A stretch of 63,040 nt of DNA, the filler included, from Ministeria vibrans ATCC 50519 (Eukaryota; Protista; Filasterea), in assembly GCA_943704425.1 (NCBI GenBank). It is 10 parts of 10 records of this genome, joined end to end, with 100 filler letters (N's around TTAATTAATTAA, not from the genome) between each part and the next. Parts side by side here need not be neighbours in the genome. Positions count along the whole stretch, not along the records: positions 45,682 to 53,182 come from CALSCP010002206.1; positions 53,283 to 54,538 come from CALSCP010001702.1; positions 54,639 to 55,754 come from CALSCP010000506.1; positions 55,855 to 59,744 come from CALSCP010002162.1; 6 more parts are not named here. The stretch is one strand, 5' to 3'. Position numbers and translations under genes: made by a program. This document shows, one piece after another, positions 46,054-59,844 of this stretch. The notes under the pieces were generated by a model, which was not told the DNA's origin, searched no databases, and worked only from the letters and a program-made list of their open reading frames with translations. How positions within the stretch are numbered: position 1 is the first letter of the stretch; each line of letters begins with the position of its first letter.

Positions 46054-46350
46054 ATGAACGAAATGAAGGGAACAACGGAAAATTGGTCAACCCGAACAAA
46101 ATTATTTCTCTACCAATTGCGCAAACACTAACGACGTACAAGGTAAAGAAAGAGTGGCAACTATCGGATTGACACTGCAGTCATTGGATGAGCAGTCGAT
46201 GAAGCCGCCAGACAGTGGGTCGAGCGCTGCAGGTGAGAGATCAGATAAGAATTCTTTTCTATAATACTTATTCTGACCTTGTGCATGTGCGAAGAGCAGA
46301 GTCAGGATAAGCGCGGCAAACTGGATAGAGTGACGGATTCTGTAGCACAT
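45682..46350 (-). CDS. 5' exons of an unidentified secreted protein, truncated
   Basis: Signal-peptide-like MCYRIRHSIQFAALILTLLFAHAQG. A downstream GC-rich exon after TGTCAG runs into the gap. Confidence 0.45.
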
Positions 46351-46811
46351 GATTATGTGGGGATTCAACACGTAAAATAGAATAATTTGTTTGAACTGAT
46401 CGAATAGGTTGAATCAACGTTGGTGATATAGCACTGAAACAGGCAAATCAATCCATATTCCAGTGCCAACACCCACGTAAAGTGGCAAGTTACTGATTGA
46501 TCATTGAAGTGAGTAAGGAAGCAAAGGGACTCAAGCGACTCATTTTCCATACGAGACCATCTAATAATTCTCAATTCACTTCGTTTACTCATTCACAAAA
46601 CCCCATGGTCATCGGCCGATCCAAAACAGGTTCGCTTCACCCCCTCACATAACCCTCTTTGAATTTCCTCGCGTGGCAGAGTCTGCTTCAAATTTTTTTT
46701 TTGTCAATTTTCATTCGTTGGCGCGAAAATTGAACTCGAAATCGTTTGAGCGTAGGAGAGGACACCTACGAAGCGCCTCTTGTGGGCGAGGCAGGAGAAA
46801 AGAGCGAACGT

Positions 46812-49542
<2,731 letters not shown>

Positions 49543-49631
49543 ACCTTTTCTTAGTATAATTATTGTGTAAATTATCTCTCTTTGTATTAAATTTTCTCTC
49601 TTTGTACTATTATACAACAATTTTTTTTTTG

Positions 49632-52360
49632 CTATTTGGTGACGCGCTGTCCCCTCCAGAAGACGGCCTTGCGATCAGGATTACTCAGACCCAACTCCTT
49701 GACACCACGACGTTCCCGTTTGGGCGCCCGTCCTGCGTCTCCTCCGCTCTCTTCCTCCTCACCACTCTCGCGCTTCTTCTTCTTCTTCTCCTTCTGCTTC
49801 GGTTCAACATTGAAGCGGTATTCCATTCCTCCAGTTCGCGTGCGTCCCATCACCCCATCATCTGCATCCGCCTCGCCCCGTCGCAACCGCGCCCCCAACG
49901 GCACTGCACTCGACGTGCTCTTGCGCTTCCCAGTCAACACATCAAACACCTCCTTCTCGTCTTCCCCTTCGCGCACCACAAACATCTTCTTGCTCTCTTC
50001 CTTCTTCTTCTTGCGCTCTCGATCGCGAATCCGTCGCTCCGCCCACAGATTTTGTCGCTTCCGTCGACCCTCATCGTTATCCTCCTCATCGTCGTCATCA
50101 TCCTCTTCTCCACCCTTGGCCCTCCTTCGCTCCTCCTCACTCACCAGCTCGCCCCGTTCCTCACGCATCAGCTCCGCCATTCGTTCTCGCTCGTCCTCAT
50201 CGTCACTCTCTCCGCCCACCTCCTCAAACATTGCAGCGAGACGTTCGCGTGTACTGTCCTTCTTCACCTGTGCCACCACCGGATGCAACAGCTTGTACTC
50301 TTCGCTCTCGCGATCAATGCTAAACGTCGCGTCCTTGAACATGGCATCGAATCGCGAGTCGCCCAGTGGATTCGCCACGGCCTCCACCTCGGCCTTGGCC
50401 GCCTTGGCCGCCGCTGCCCGTCGCTCCTCCTCCAACACCCGATCGAGAATTGTCTCCGAGTCGTGGAAAGGCACATCCTCGTCGTCTTCGTCTCTTGCAC
50501 CCTCTTGATCTAGTTCCTCCTGCGCGTTCCTTCGCTGTTGCTGTGCCTTCCACTCTTTGCGCTGTTCCTTCTCCAGCTTCTCCGTCTTCTCCGTCACCGT
50601 GCGCGTGAGCAGCTCCTGCGCATACTCCCGATTGACCTTGGGCAGTCTCTTGCGAATAACGCGAATGCGGTTCTCGCGCTGCTCCTCAATCTTTTGCGCA
50701 ATCTGCGTCTGACGGTACTCGTCAAAGGCAAACGGCTGAGCAATGCTCTTGGCCTTGTGGTACAGGCGAATGTCAATGAAGAAGCCGTGCATGTAGGCGC
50801 GCAGCAGCGACGAACCCACCAGGTGTGCCAGACCAAGCTCGTCCAGTTCGCGACGTGTGACAAACTTGTAGTCGTCGTACAGATCGACGGCTTGGCCCGT
50901 CGCCGCACTTGCGTCCTCCTCCAGCTCATCTGTAATACTCTCGAGGAAAGAGCACCAGCCGGGCGCAGAGCCCAGCTCGGGGATGAAGTAGGCGCCCATA
51001 CGGGGCTGCTCGAGTGCCAACAGAACCAGACCACTGTCAACCGGGTTGGCAATGGTCCCATGACCGTGCTGGACGGGCGCCACGCAGAACCCGTTGATGT
51101 CGGCGTCCGGCTCGAGCGACGTGAACACTTGTCCCGTCTCGCGGTCCCACATTTTGATAATTTTGCGGTCGGCACTGAGGACGTTGCCGCTCGTGTGGAA
51201 GTGAATGGCGTGAATGGGCGAGTCGTACTGATGGTCTTTGATGAGGAGGGGTTCACGCGAGCGAATGTCGTACACAAGACACTGTCCTGTCGAGGTGCCG
51301 ACCGCGAGCGAGAGCCCATTGCTTGTGCAAGTAAGTGCCGAGATCTCGGGCACCAGGTCGGTTGCCTCGCTTGTGCCCGGCAGGCCCACAAGGGCGCGTG
51401 CGACGTCGAGCCGCGCGACACAGCGAGCGGGTGCGCGCGGATCCCACGCTTCGACACGGCCGTCGATGCCGCCCGCGAAGCACAGGTCGTAGGGATGGTT
51501 GATCACGACGGATGTGAGTTCCGGCGACTGCGTCGTGTGTGGTTCGGTAAAGCGACCCTTTTCAATGTTGAGGCGGTAAATATCAGGGCCAGCTATGTGT
51601 GTTAAACAACATGAATAATGAACAACAATGTTTGGTATCCACGATTGTGATGGGGTTGCTTACAGCCGACACAGTAGAGCTCGCATGAGTTGCGATGGTA
51701 GTCTAGACCACGACCAAACTTGGGAATGCGTGTGCGGTAGTGAAAGCCGTACTTGGCGTGCACCTCGATGGTTCGGTCGGCCAGAAGGAACGCCTGCAGA
51801 ATCATCAACGACGATTACAAGTCAAAGACGACGAAATGGATTGTGTGAATGAATAAGAGCAAATATGAGCAAGGCCAAGTCGAATCGGCGTACCATCTTC
51901 TCGTAACCGCCAGACAGCGGCTGGATGGCAACGGGATCGCACGTGAGGTGGCGCTCAAACTTCATCGCGAGGTTGTCGACTTCGTAGCAGCGGATGCGCG
52001 GCTTGTACACGCCCGTCGCCATGATGCACCCGCCGTCGCGCGACATGGCGACCTGCAGCGACGCTGCCGGCATGTCGAAGTCCTGGATCAGCTGAATGCG
52101 GCGCCGCAGACCTGGTGCGAGAGAGGGAGAGAGAGCGCAAAAGGTGAGAAAGTTGACAGATGTTGAGGGCAAAAAAAAAAAAAATCCACGTGTAGAGACA
52201 ATAAAGGCACGCGAGGGTGCGATCATAGTGTCAACAGGGCGGACGTACCCTCGTCTTGCTGCTGCAGGCGGCGGCGTCGTCGTTCGCTCAGCCAGTCGGG
52301 AACTGACCGGCCCGACGCCACATTGTACAGCTTGACGTTGTTGGCGTGTTGCACCTGCAT
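49632..52360 (-). CDS. NOL10: Nucleolar protein 10 / Enp2 (WD40 plus NUC153), 4 exons
   Basis: [18 protein letters not shown]; [13 protein letters not shown]; [13 protein letters not shown]; RIPKFGR; [25 protein letters not shown]; YDDYKFVT; [12 protein letters not shown]; DSRFDAMF. Confidence 0.95.
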
Positions 52361-52648
52361 GCCTTATACAGTGGACACGAGTGCGCAGAAGAGGTACTGA
52401 AAATATTAATGAGTTATGACTTGTGAGCAATTGTCAATTGAGATTTGAGCGAGCGAATGAATGATGAGTCAGACAAATAAGACAATCTATCAAATATCAA
52501 TTCTCATTAATTTTTTTTTCAGTTGTCTTTGCTTCTCTTAGTGTGACCAGGTCGTGATCTGACCAGTGCACTTTGGCGATTGTGTGTGGCGGAAGTTGCC
52601 TTGCGATTCGTTTTTTTTTTTCTTTTTTTTTTTCCGATCCCACTGAAA

Positions 52649-53077
52649 ATGAAACTCGGCGTGATTATCTTGACAGTCGTCACTGTGGCGTGTGGCGTGG
52701 ACGCACGACGGGCTGGGGTGGCACTGCGGCCTATGCGTCGCGTGTTGACTGCAGAGCAGCAGAGAAGACGAGGCACGTCGGAGGCGATGACGGTAGGGCG
52801 GGGAGGGAGGAGAGTGGGGCGAGAGAGCGAGAGCGCGAGAGAGCGAGTGAAACACATTCCCACTTGTGGCGTTGCTTGCGGGGCGGAACGGCCACTTGGC
52901 GATGCGCGAGACGGACGAAATGGGAGGGAGGTTGGTGTTGATGGTGGGTTATGGCAGGGAGTGGATAGCGTGGATATGCGAAAGAGAGCAATGGAGAGAA
53001 CTGAACTTGTCTTGTGTTAGGATGTGTTTGTCTCATCATATTCAGCAACCATTCGAATGGACGGCAATCAGGGATCG
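52649..53077 (+). CDS. First two exons of an unidentified secreted protein, truncated
   Basis: Signal peptide MKLGVIILTVVTVACGVDA. Donor ACG|GTAGGG at 52792; second exon 53021-53077 in frame. Confidence 0.5.
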
Positions 53078-53078
53078 G

Positions 53079-53182
<104 letters not shown>

Positions 53183-53282
53183 NNNNNNNNNNNNNNNNNN
53201 NNNNNNNNNNNNNNNNNNNNNNNNNNTTAATTAATTAANNNNNNNNNNNNNNNNNNNNNNNNNNNNNNNNNNNNNNNNNNNN

Positions 53283-54538
53283 ACGACTGCGAAGTCAAAC
53301 ACTACTGTGTGGCCGGCGTGCAAACGGTGTGCGCCCCTGGCGGCTACAGCGACGAGGCACGTCTGAGCGTGTGTAAAGACTGCAGCGCACAGCACTCGTG
53401 CAACGGTGGCGTGGAGACCGTGTGCCCAGCAGGTTCGCATCAACCATCCACTGGCGAGTCCACCTGTCTCACGTGCTCTATTGGCTCGTACTGCGTCAGC
53501 GGACAGGCCATGCAGGTGTGCGTTGATGGTGAGTTCAACGAAGCAACGGGTCGCAGTGACTGCGACATTTGTCCACGCAACTTCTACTGCACCGGTGGCG
53601 CTCGCATTCTGTGCGCCGAGGGAACGTACACCAACACGACTGGTGTGGGTGCCAACCCCGGATGCACCGCGTGTCCTTCAACCTTCTTCTGCACCGGTGG
53701 AAACATCCAACGATGCCTGGCAGGCACCTACCAAGAGCAGACGGGCAAGGCGTCATGTGATGCATGCGACACGGGCCACTACTGCGTCGAGGGTAGCAAG
53801 ATTATCTGTCCTGCAGGCAAGAAGTGCGTGAATGGCTTCCTTTCCGAGTGTGCTCCGGGAACGCACGCCCTCACAGAGGGCTCGACTCTTTGTGAAGACT
53901 GTTTGGTGGGCCACTTCTGTGTGAATGGAAACCAGACGGTGTGTCCCGACGGCTCCTACCAACACCAGACAAAACAGTCGACATGCAACGACTGCCAGGC
54001 GACCAACTACTGCGTGAATGGCCTGCAGACAGTATGTGCCAATGGCGAGTACCAAGAGCTCACGGGCCAGTCGGCATGTGACTCGTGCAATGCCAATCAC
54101 TACTGTCAGGCGGGTGTGCAGACGGTGTGTGCCCCTGGCGAGTACACCGACGTTGGCGGTCTCTCTGTGTGCGCCGACTGCCCCATTGGCCACAACTGCA
54201 ACAATGGTGTGCGTCTCATTTGCGTTGAGGGACGCTACCAGGACGCGACGGGCAAGACGGAGTGCATTGATTGCCCCATCTACAACTACTGCACAAGCGG
54301 AATTATCACACAGTGTCCCAACGGCGAGTACCAAGAGAACACGCGCCAGAACGACTGTGACACGTGCGCCGCGGGCTGGATGTGTACCAACGGTGGCCGT
54401 ACCATCTGCCCCGCCGGCACCTACCAGGGCGTTGGTGGCAAGAGCGTGTGTCCCACATGTGCCGAAGGCGACTACTCGATCAGCACAGGTAACACCGTGT
54501 GTACCGAGTGCGAAGCGGGCAACTTCTGCACGGCCGGC
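53283..54538 (+). CDS. Fragment of a Cys-rich tandem-repeat surface protein (GCC2/GCC3, ephrin-receptor-like repeats of about 31 aa)
   Basis: An open frame spans the whole contig, with about 13-14 repeats of C-x-x-G-x-Y-Q-x3-G-x3-C-x2-C-x4-Y-C-x2-G. Confidence 0.85.
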
Positions 54539-54684
54539 NNNNNNNNNNNNNNNNNNNNNNNNNNNNNNNNNNNNNNNNNNNNTTAATTAATTAANNNNNN
54601 NNNNNNNNNNNNNNNNNNNNNNNNNNNNNNNNNNNNNNGGGGGGGGGTTTGCGTCGTCGTGGAGCATTGCAATCAGTGTGTCCG

Positions 54685-55039
54685 CACCTGAACGGTGAGA
54701 AGTTTGGCCGAGATGAGGAGCGTGACAGCGCCGACGACGCGCGCCTTCATGGAGAACTCGTTGGGCCACAAATGTTTGGCCATGTCACGCAAGATGGCAG
54801 TGTCAGTCTGTGCGATGGGCGCAGGCGAGAGGGGTTTCTTGGGGAGGGGCGTCGACGAGAGCAAGACTCGCCGTGGCAGCATCACGGGGCGCGGAAACGA
54901 CTGTGTGCGGAGGGGTCTTAGTGGCACAAGGACACGTGCATGTCAAAAAGGCTGTCTTACACTCAGCAATGGCGGCGGGCAGGGTGCACAGGACCGGACA
55001 TTTCGCACCTACACGACAGTCTGGGTGAGTCGTTGTCAT
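54685..55039 (-). CDS. ATM1: Mitochondrial ABC transporter ABCB7/Atm1, 5' exons only (start uncertain)
   Basis: ILRDMAKHLWPNEFSMKARVVGAVTLLISAKLLTVQ followed by a GT donor. This matches the first TM region of Atm1/ABCB7 and is preceded by an Arg-rich presequence-like stretch. Confidence 0.7.
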
Positions 55040-55287
55040 GAAACACATTTTTGAGAAATACCGCCGTCACAATGCCACGGGCGGCCGCAAGTCCTCGGAG
55101 CACGTTCATGATTGTCACTAGTGAGCAGAAGTAGGAAGTATTTGTAATACAAATTTGTTGATTGTTTTTTAATGATGAGTTGATATTGAGTTATACGATT
55201 TGTCGAGCAAGCCCAAAGTGACCAAACTCGATTACTCGAAACCTCTAAACATTATTATTCATTTCCCTCAAGTAGTATCACGCCGTC

Positions 55288-55380
55288 ATGTCGTTCCGAC
55301 AACCGATCATCGTGATGAACCAAAACATGAAGCGCGAGACTGGCCGCAAAGTCCAGCTCGGCAACATCCAAGCATCCAAG
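55288..55380 (+). CDS. CCT3: Chaperonin CCT gamma subunit, exon 1
   Basis: MSFRQPIIVMNQNMKRETGRKVQLGNIQASK then a GT donor. This matches the CCT3 N-terminus (P..V...N.KRE.GRK.Q.GNI.A.K). Confidence 0.85.
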
Positions 55381-55885
55381 GTGAAACATTAAAAAAAAAC
55401 CCGGAAAAAACTCAGTGAGGAGCGCTGTGTGCGACGCCAAACCTGTGGCCCCAAGCTCTGCGAATCCATACGCTAGCACACCCACCCTGTGCCGATTGCA
55501 TTTGGCGCTGGCGTGTTTTCTGCACATGTCAAGTCAGAGTGAAAATGTCTTCTGACGCTGCTCCCTCGCCCCCTCGACGCGCCCTTGCCCCAGTCCAAGT
55601 TGCCCTAGCCCACACACCCTGCCACCAACACATTCGCCGCACCCTTCGTGCCGTACTCTTCCTTGTTGTGTTCGTTACTATGTCCTGTGACATGCTGATC
55701 CGCACACACATGCAGGATCTGCGTGAGACCACGCACGACATGCACTACGAGAATNNNNNNNNNNNNNNNNNNNNNNNNNNNNNNNNNNNNNNNNNNNNTT
55801 AATTAATTAANNNNNNNNNNNNNNNNNNNNNNNNNNNNNNNNNNNNNNNNNNNNCTTACGACCCCCCCCCCCCCCCACCTCTTAC

Positions 55886-58800
55886 TTGTCCCCCGAGTGG
55901 CTTGTCGCAGCCGGCACACTTGGGCACAAAGAGACGGTCGTGGTCTGCGACGCAGTACGGTCGGTCCTTGACAATGAAGAACTCGCCGTCCAACGGCACA
56001 TAACAAGTCTCACACACAAAATGGTCAAGATGCCACTCGCGGTCCATGGCCTGCAATGCATCCTCGCTCTTCTTGATGGGCCTGCTACATCCTCCGCACA
56101 GGCGCTCGTCGCGCTCGCTCGCCAGCTCAAGGTCGCCCACCGACGCAGGCATGCGCCACTCAGGCTCACGCCGTCGCGGCGCAGCAGCAGCGGCAGCAGC
56201 AGCAGCAGCAGCTGACGCCCCAGCACCACTACCACTCGCTCCTGTGCTCTTCTTCTTGCCCACTGCACGTGCAATCGCAACGCCATTCTTAGGCGCGCCT
56301 CCCTCATCCTCACTGTCCGAACTCTCAATCTTGGCATACTCATCGTCCCCATCAATGTCAGCCCCACCTGTGCCTCCTCCTGTCCCAGACCCGTCCTCAT
56401 CGTCGTCCGAATGTCGAAGATCCGCATACTCATCCATCTACACAATAGATTTGATAAAATTAGTACTCTCCTCTCAGCATCTCCTTCCTACGTCTGTGTC
56501 CAAATCAAGAGATGCCAATCGAGTGTTGACTCCCACCGACTTGCCATCTTCCTTGTTCAAAATATCACTACGATCATACAAACACTACATAAGCAAAAAA
56601 AAGAAGACTGTTCCGGCTGGACAATAGAAAATTTACCTGAAGCGGGGAGTGTTCTGATTGGGCTGCTTCTGGACGCCCGGGAGAATACCGTATGACTTGC
56701 GTTGGGGCCCCTTGTATGAGTTGCTGCCGGCGTCGATGGCAGCGCGGCGCTTGAGAGCCTCAAGGCGCGTGTCAAGAAGACCGCGCACCCAGCGCTCCTT
56801 CTCGGGTTGACTGCTTGTGTAGAGACGCAGACAGCGGTTGCGGTCGACCAGCTCAAAGTAGCAGTTGTGTTGCATGTCGGGCGTGTTGGTCTCAACACAG
56901 CACTCGCACACGTCAATGCGCGCCGCGGGCTCCCCAGTGCCTGCCTGCGTGCCCTTCCAGTAGCACAGATGTCCCGTATTCTTCAGCACAAAGTACCGCT
57001 GCTTCTTCATCGCCTTGCCTGGCTTTTGGTTCACCTTGTGCGACGTCTTCCACATGATCCCTTCCAACACCACATCCGACGTTGTCCCCGGCACAATCGT
57101 TGCCGAGATGGCACCACTGCTTGCATTGGCCACCGTCGCCTGTTGCCCCGCCTGTTACACACACACAAAAAAGTGAAAGTAAAAGAAAAGAGAAGCGAAA
57201 AGAGAAAAAAAAAGTGATAGAGGGTGTAAGAGAGAGAGAGAGAAAGAAAGAAGAAAAAATAAAACAAATCAAGGAGACGTGTCAGTCGCGATCAGTAAAG
57301 AGGAAAAATAAATAAAATTATTATTATTATTATTATTAATCATAAAAATTTACGTACTGCAACTGCAAAGGGATGGGCATCCTTGCCACACTTGACGGGC
57401 TGACCGCTGAGTTCGCGCTCAATGACCCACTTGAGGAGGGCGGGTGCCTGCTGCTCGTGCCGGAAGAGCAGCACCAGGGCGCCAATGAGGTCGTCAACCT
57501 TAGAGGCGGGTGTGGCGGCGAAGATGAGGACCATGGCCCAAAAGTCACCGTCAGCATTGGCTGCCGAGTTGCCCTGGACCGTGATGGTCGCAATGAGTGG
57601 ATCGGGCTGTCCGTCGTCGAGCTCCGCCAGCGCATCTTTAAGCTTTTGTGCCTGCAGGCGCAGATGAGAATCGCTCAAGCCAAAGAGGATGGCATCGTCG
57701 ACGGCATCGCCGAGCGTCTGCCACGGCTCCCCCGCCAGGTTCATAATCTCCGGCAGTGGATTTGACACAATGACGGCGGGTGCGTCCGGAACCGTCTCGA
57801 GACACATTGCCTCGACGTACGCCGCGAGCGCTGTAGCGTTTTTCGTGACAAAGCTGTTGTACGGCAGCATGTAGGGCTCTTTGGTGGCAAAGACAAGGCC
57901 GTTGGCAAGCTGTTGCAGAATTTTGCTGCACAACAACAGCGCACGACGACCCTCCGACGGGAGCTTCGAGCCAGGGGGCAGCAGCCCCGATTCGAGGGGC
58001 ATGACAATGGCCGGACAAAGAAAGCGCAAAAACAGAAAGGAGCCCGTCATTCGCGCCGCCAACACATTCCCATGATGCTGCTGAATGCCTGCACGAACCG
58101 CTCGACAAATATCGCGCAGCTCCTTTGGTGCTCCCACCACGCCTTGTGTAATTTGCTCAAACAGCTTCTCGCAAAGTTCCCTACAATGCGCACACACCAA
58201 AAAGTTGTTTCAGACACAATTCAAAAAGACACGCACAATAAATATATCACAGCAGTTCAAAGACACACACAACATCTCTCACATTGTGTCTCTCAGACAC
58301 AGTTCAAAGAAACACGCACGATATCTCAGCAGTTCAAAAACACACACACAGTATCTCTCACATTGTGTCTCTCAGCAACAGTTCAAAGAAACACGCACGA
58401 TATCTCTCAGCAGTTCAAAGACACACACACAATATCTCTCACACTGTGTCTCTTAGACACAGTTCAAAGAAATACACAATATTTCACACTGTGTCTCTTA
58501 GACACAGTTCAAAGAGACACATAATATCTCTCACACTGTGTCTCTTAGACAGGTCAGAGAGACAACACAATGACTCTCACACAGACACACAGACACCCAC
58601 TACAGTAGCCCCCCCCCCCCCATACACACTAAACGTATCATTAGGTCTGACACAATTCCATACACACACACACACACACACACCTAGGATCACTACTTTG
58701 CCACCACTCCATCCCACACTGCTCTCCTTCACCCCAACACACAAGAAAGTTCTCAACACACACTCACCACCTCAAAAAAAAAACCTCACCTCAGCAACTC

Positions 58801-59025
58801 CTGGTTCTTTTCGAGCGTGTCGGCCGGGCCCAGACGGCTGGGATCGACTTCATACGAGAGGCCGCGGGCGACAGCATTGGCAATGGTGTCTCCAAGGATG
58901 CTGACGAGGTAGTCGCTGGCGGCCGCGCGAGCGCAGGCGGTGAGTAACTTGGTTGCGACCGTGTTGGACCGGAACAGCGTCCCGCGAAGATTCGATTCCC
59001 TCGCCGACTCGTCTGCCTCCGCCAT
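55886..59025 (-). CDS. RasGAP-PH-LIM protein (5 exons seen; 3' end truncated inside a second LIM domain)
   Basis: Arginine finger GTLFRSNTVATK, YEVDPSRL, FLFLRFLCPAI, SKILQQLAN..KEPYM. PH domain LEGIMWK..KKQRYFVL..LCYWK..EKERWVRGL. LIM domain CGGC..WHLDHFVCETC..YCVADH, then CAGC. Confidence 0.88.
58205..58550. repeat. Intronic minisatellite (CAGTTCAAAGA(A/C)ACAC..ATCTCTCACA(T/C)TGTGTCTC units)
   Basis: About eight related units are visible in the RasGAP intron. Confidence 0.8.
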
Positions 59026-59844
59026 CTGTCCACACCCCCCATACGCAGAGTCACTTTTTTGTTGAGTTGCGCTGCTTTTTTTCTTTTTCATTTTTTTCAA
59101 AAAAAAATTTGTTGATATCACAAACGACCACAACCAAATACTCACAGGGTCGCCAAAGGGGACCGGCCAGAGGCCATTGAGACGAGGCGGGGCGGGCAGA
59201 GTGCCATTCACAAGCAAACAAAGAGAAACACACAATCAGTGGTTTCTGCTCTTACCGTCGATTGTCAAACAAAGGGATTGGCTGAACGAGAGACGGAGAG
59301 AAGGAGACGGAGGGGGGAGGCGACGCAGAGAGGTCGATGGATGGATGTATGTATGCGGGTGCGTGGGCGTGCCTGCACGCGTGTGTGTCAGAGCGAGAGG
59401 GAATCAAACTGATCGCTTATTCGCTTTAGAGATCTGACTTTTTCTTTCAATCAGCACTTCCGAGCGAGTTCAGCGTGAGCACTGAGCAGGAGTGGGGCGG
59501 CCTAGGCGTCAGGCGACAGTGCGGCGACAGAGGGTGTTTTGTCGTGGCGATCAGCAGTTTGTGCTTAACTGTGCACTCACTGTGCACTGCCCTTACTCAC
59601 AGGTGAGAATCCGCATTTGACCATAGTTATAGTTAATTTTAACTAATTCTCTATTCTATTACTCACTCCTTCTTCTCAGTCCGATCTTGCGCGACAACTG
59701 CCTCCCCCGGAATCCCCTCAGGTTGGCGCCCTGAGACCCCCCCCNNNNNNNNNNNNNNNNNNNNNNNNNNNNNNNNNNNNNNNNNNNNTTAATTAATTAA
59801 NNNNNNNNNNNNNNNNNNNNNNNNNNNNNNNNNNNNNNNNNNNN

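Noticed and set aside
49563-51605. Long antisense ORFs over NOL10 (similarly over SAPS, VWA5A and UTP13)
   Set aside because: They are shadows of GC-rich coding sequence with no recognisable domains.
55400-55754. Possible snoRNA (for example U14-like) in the CCT3 intron
   Set aside because: Only partial matches (CATTCGC, TTCCTTG), with no correctly placed C and D boxes.
59440-59744. Short hairpins and direct repeats upstream of the RasGAP gene
   Set aside because: They are too short and match no RNA family I recognise; probably promoter or UTR sequence.
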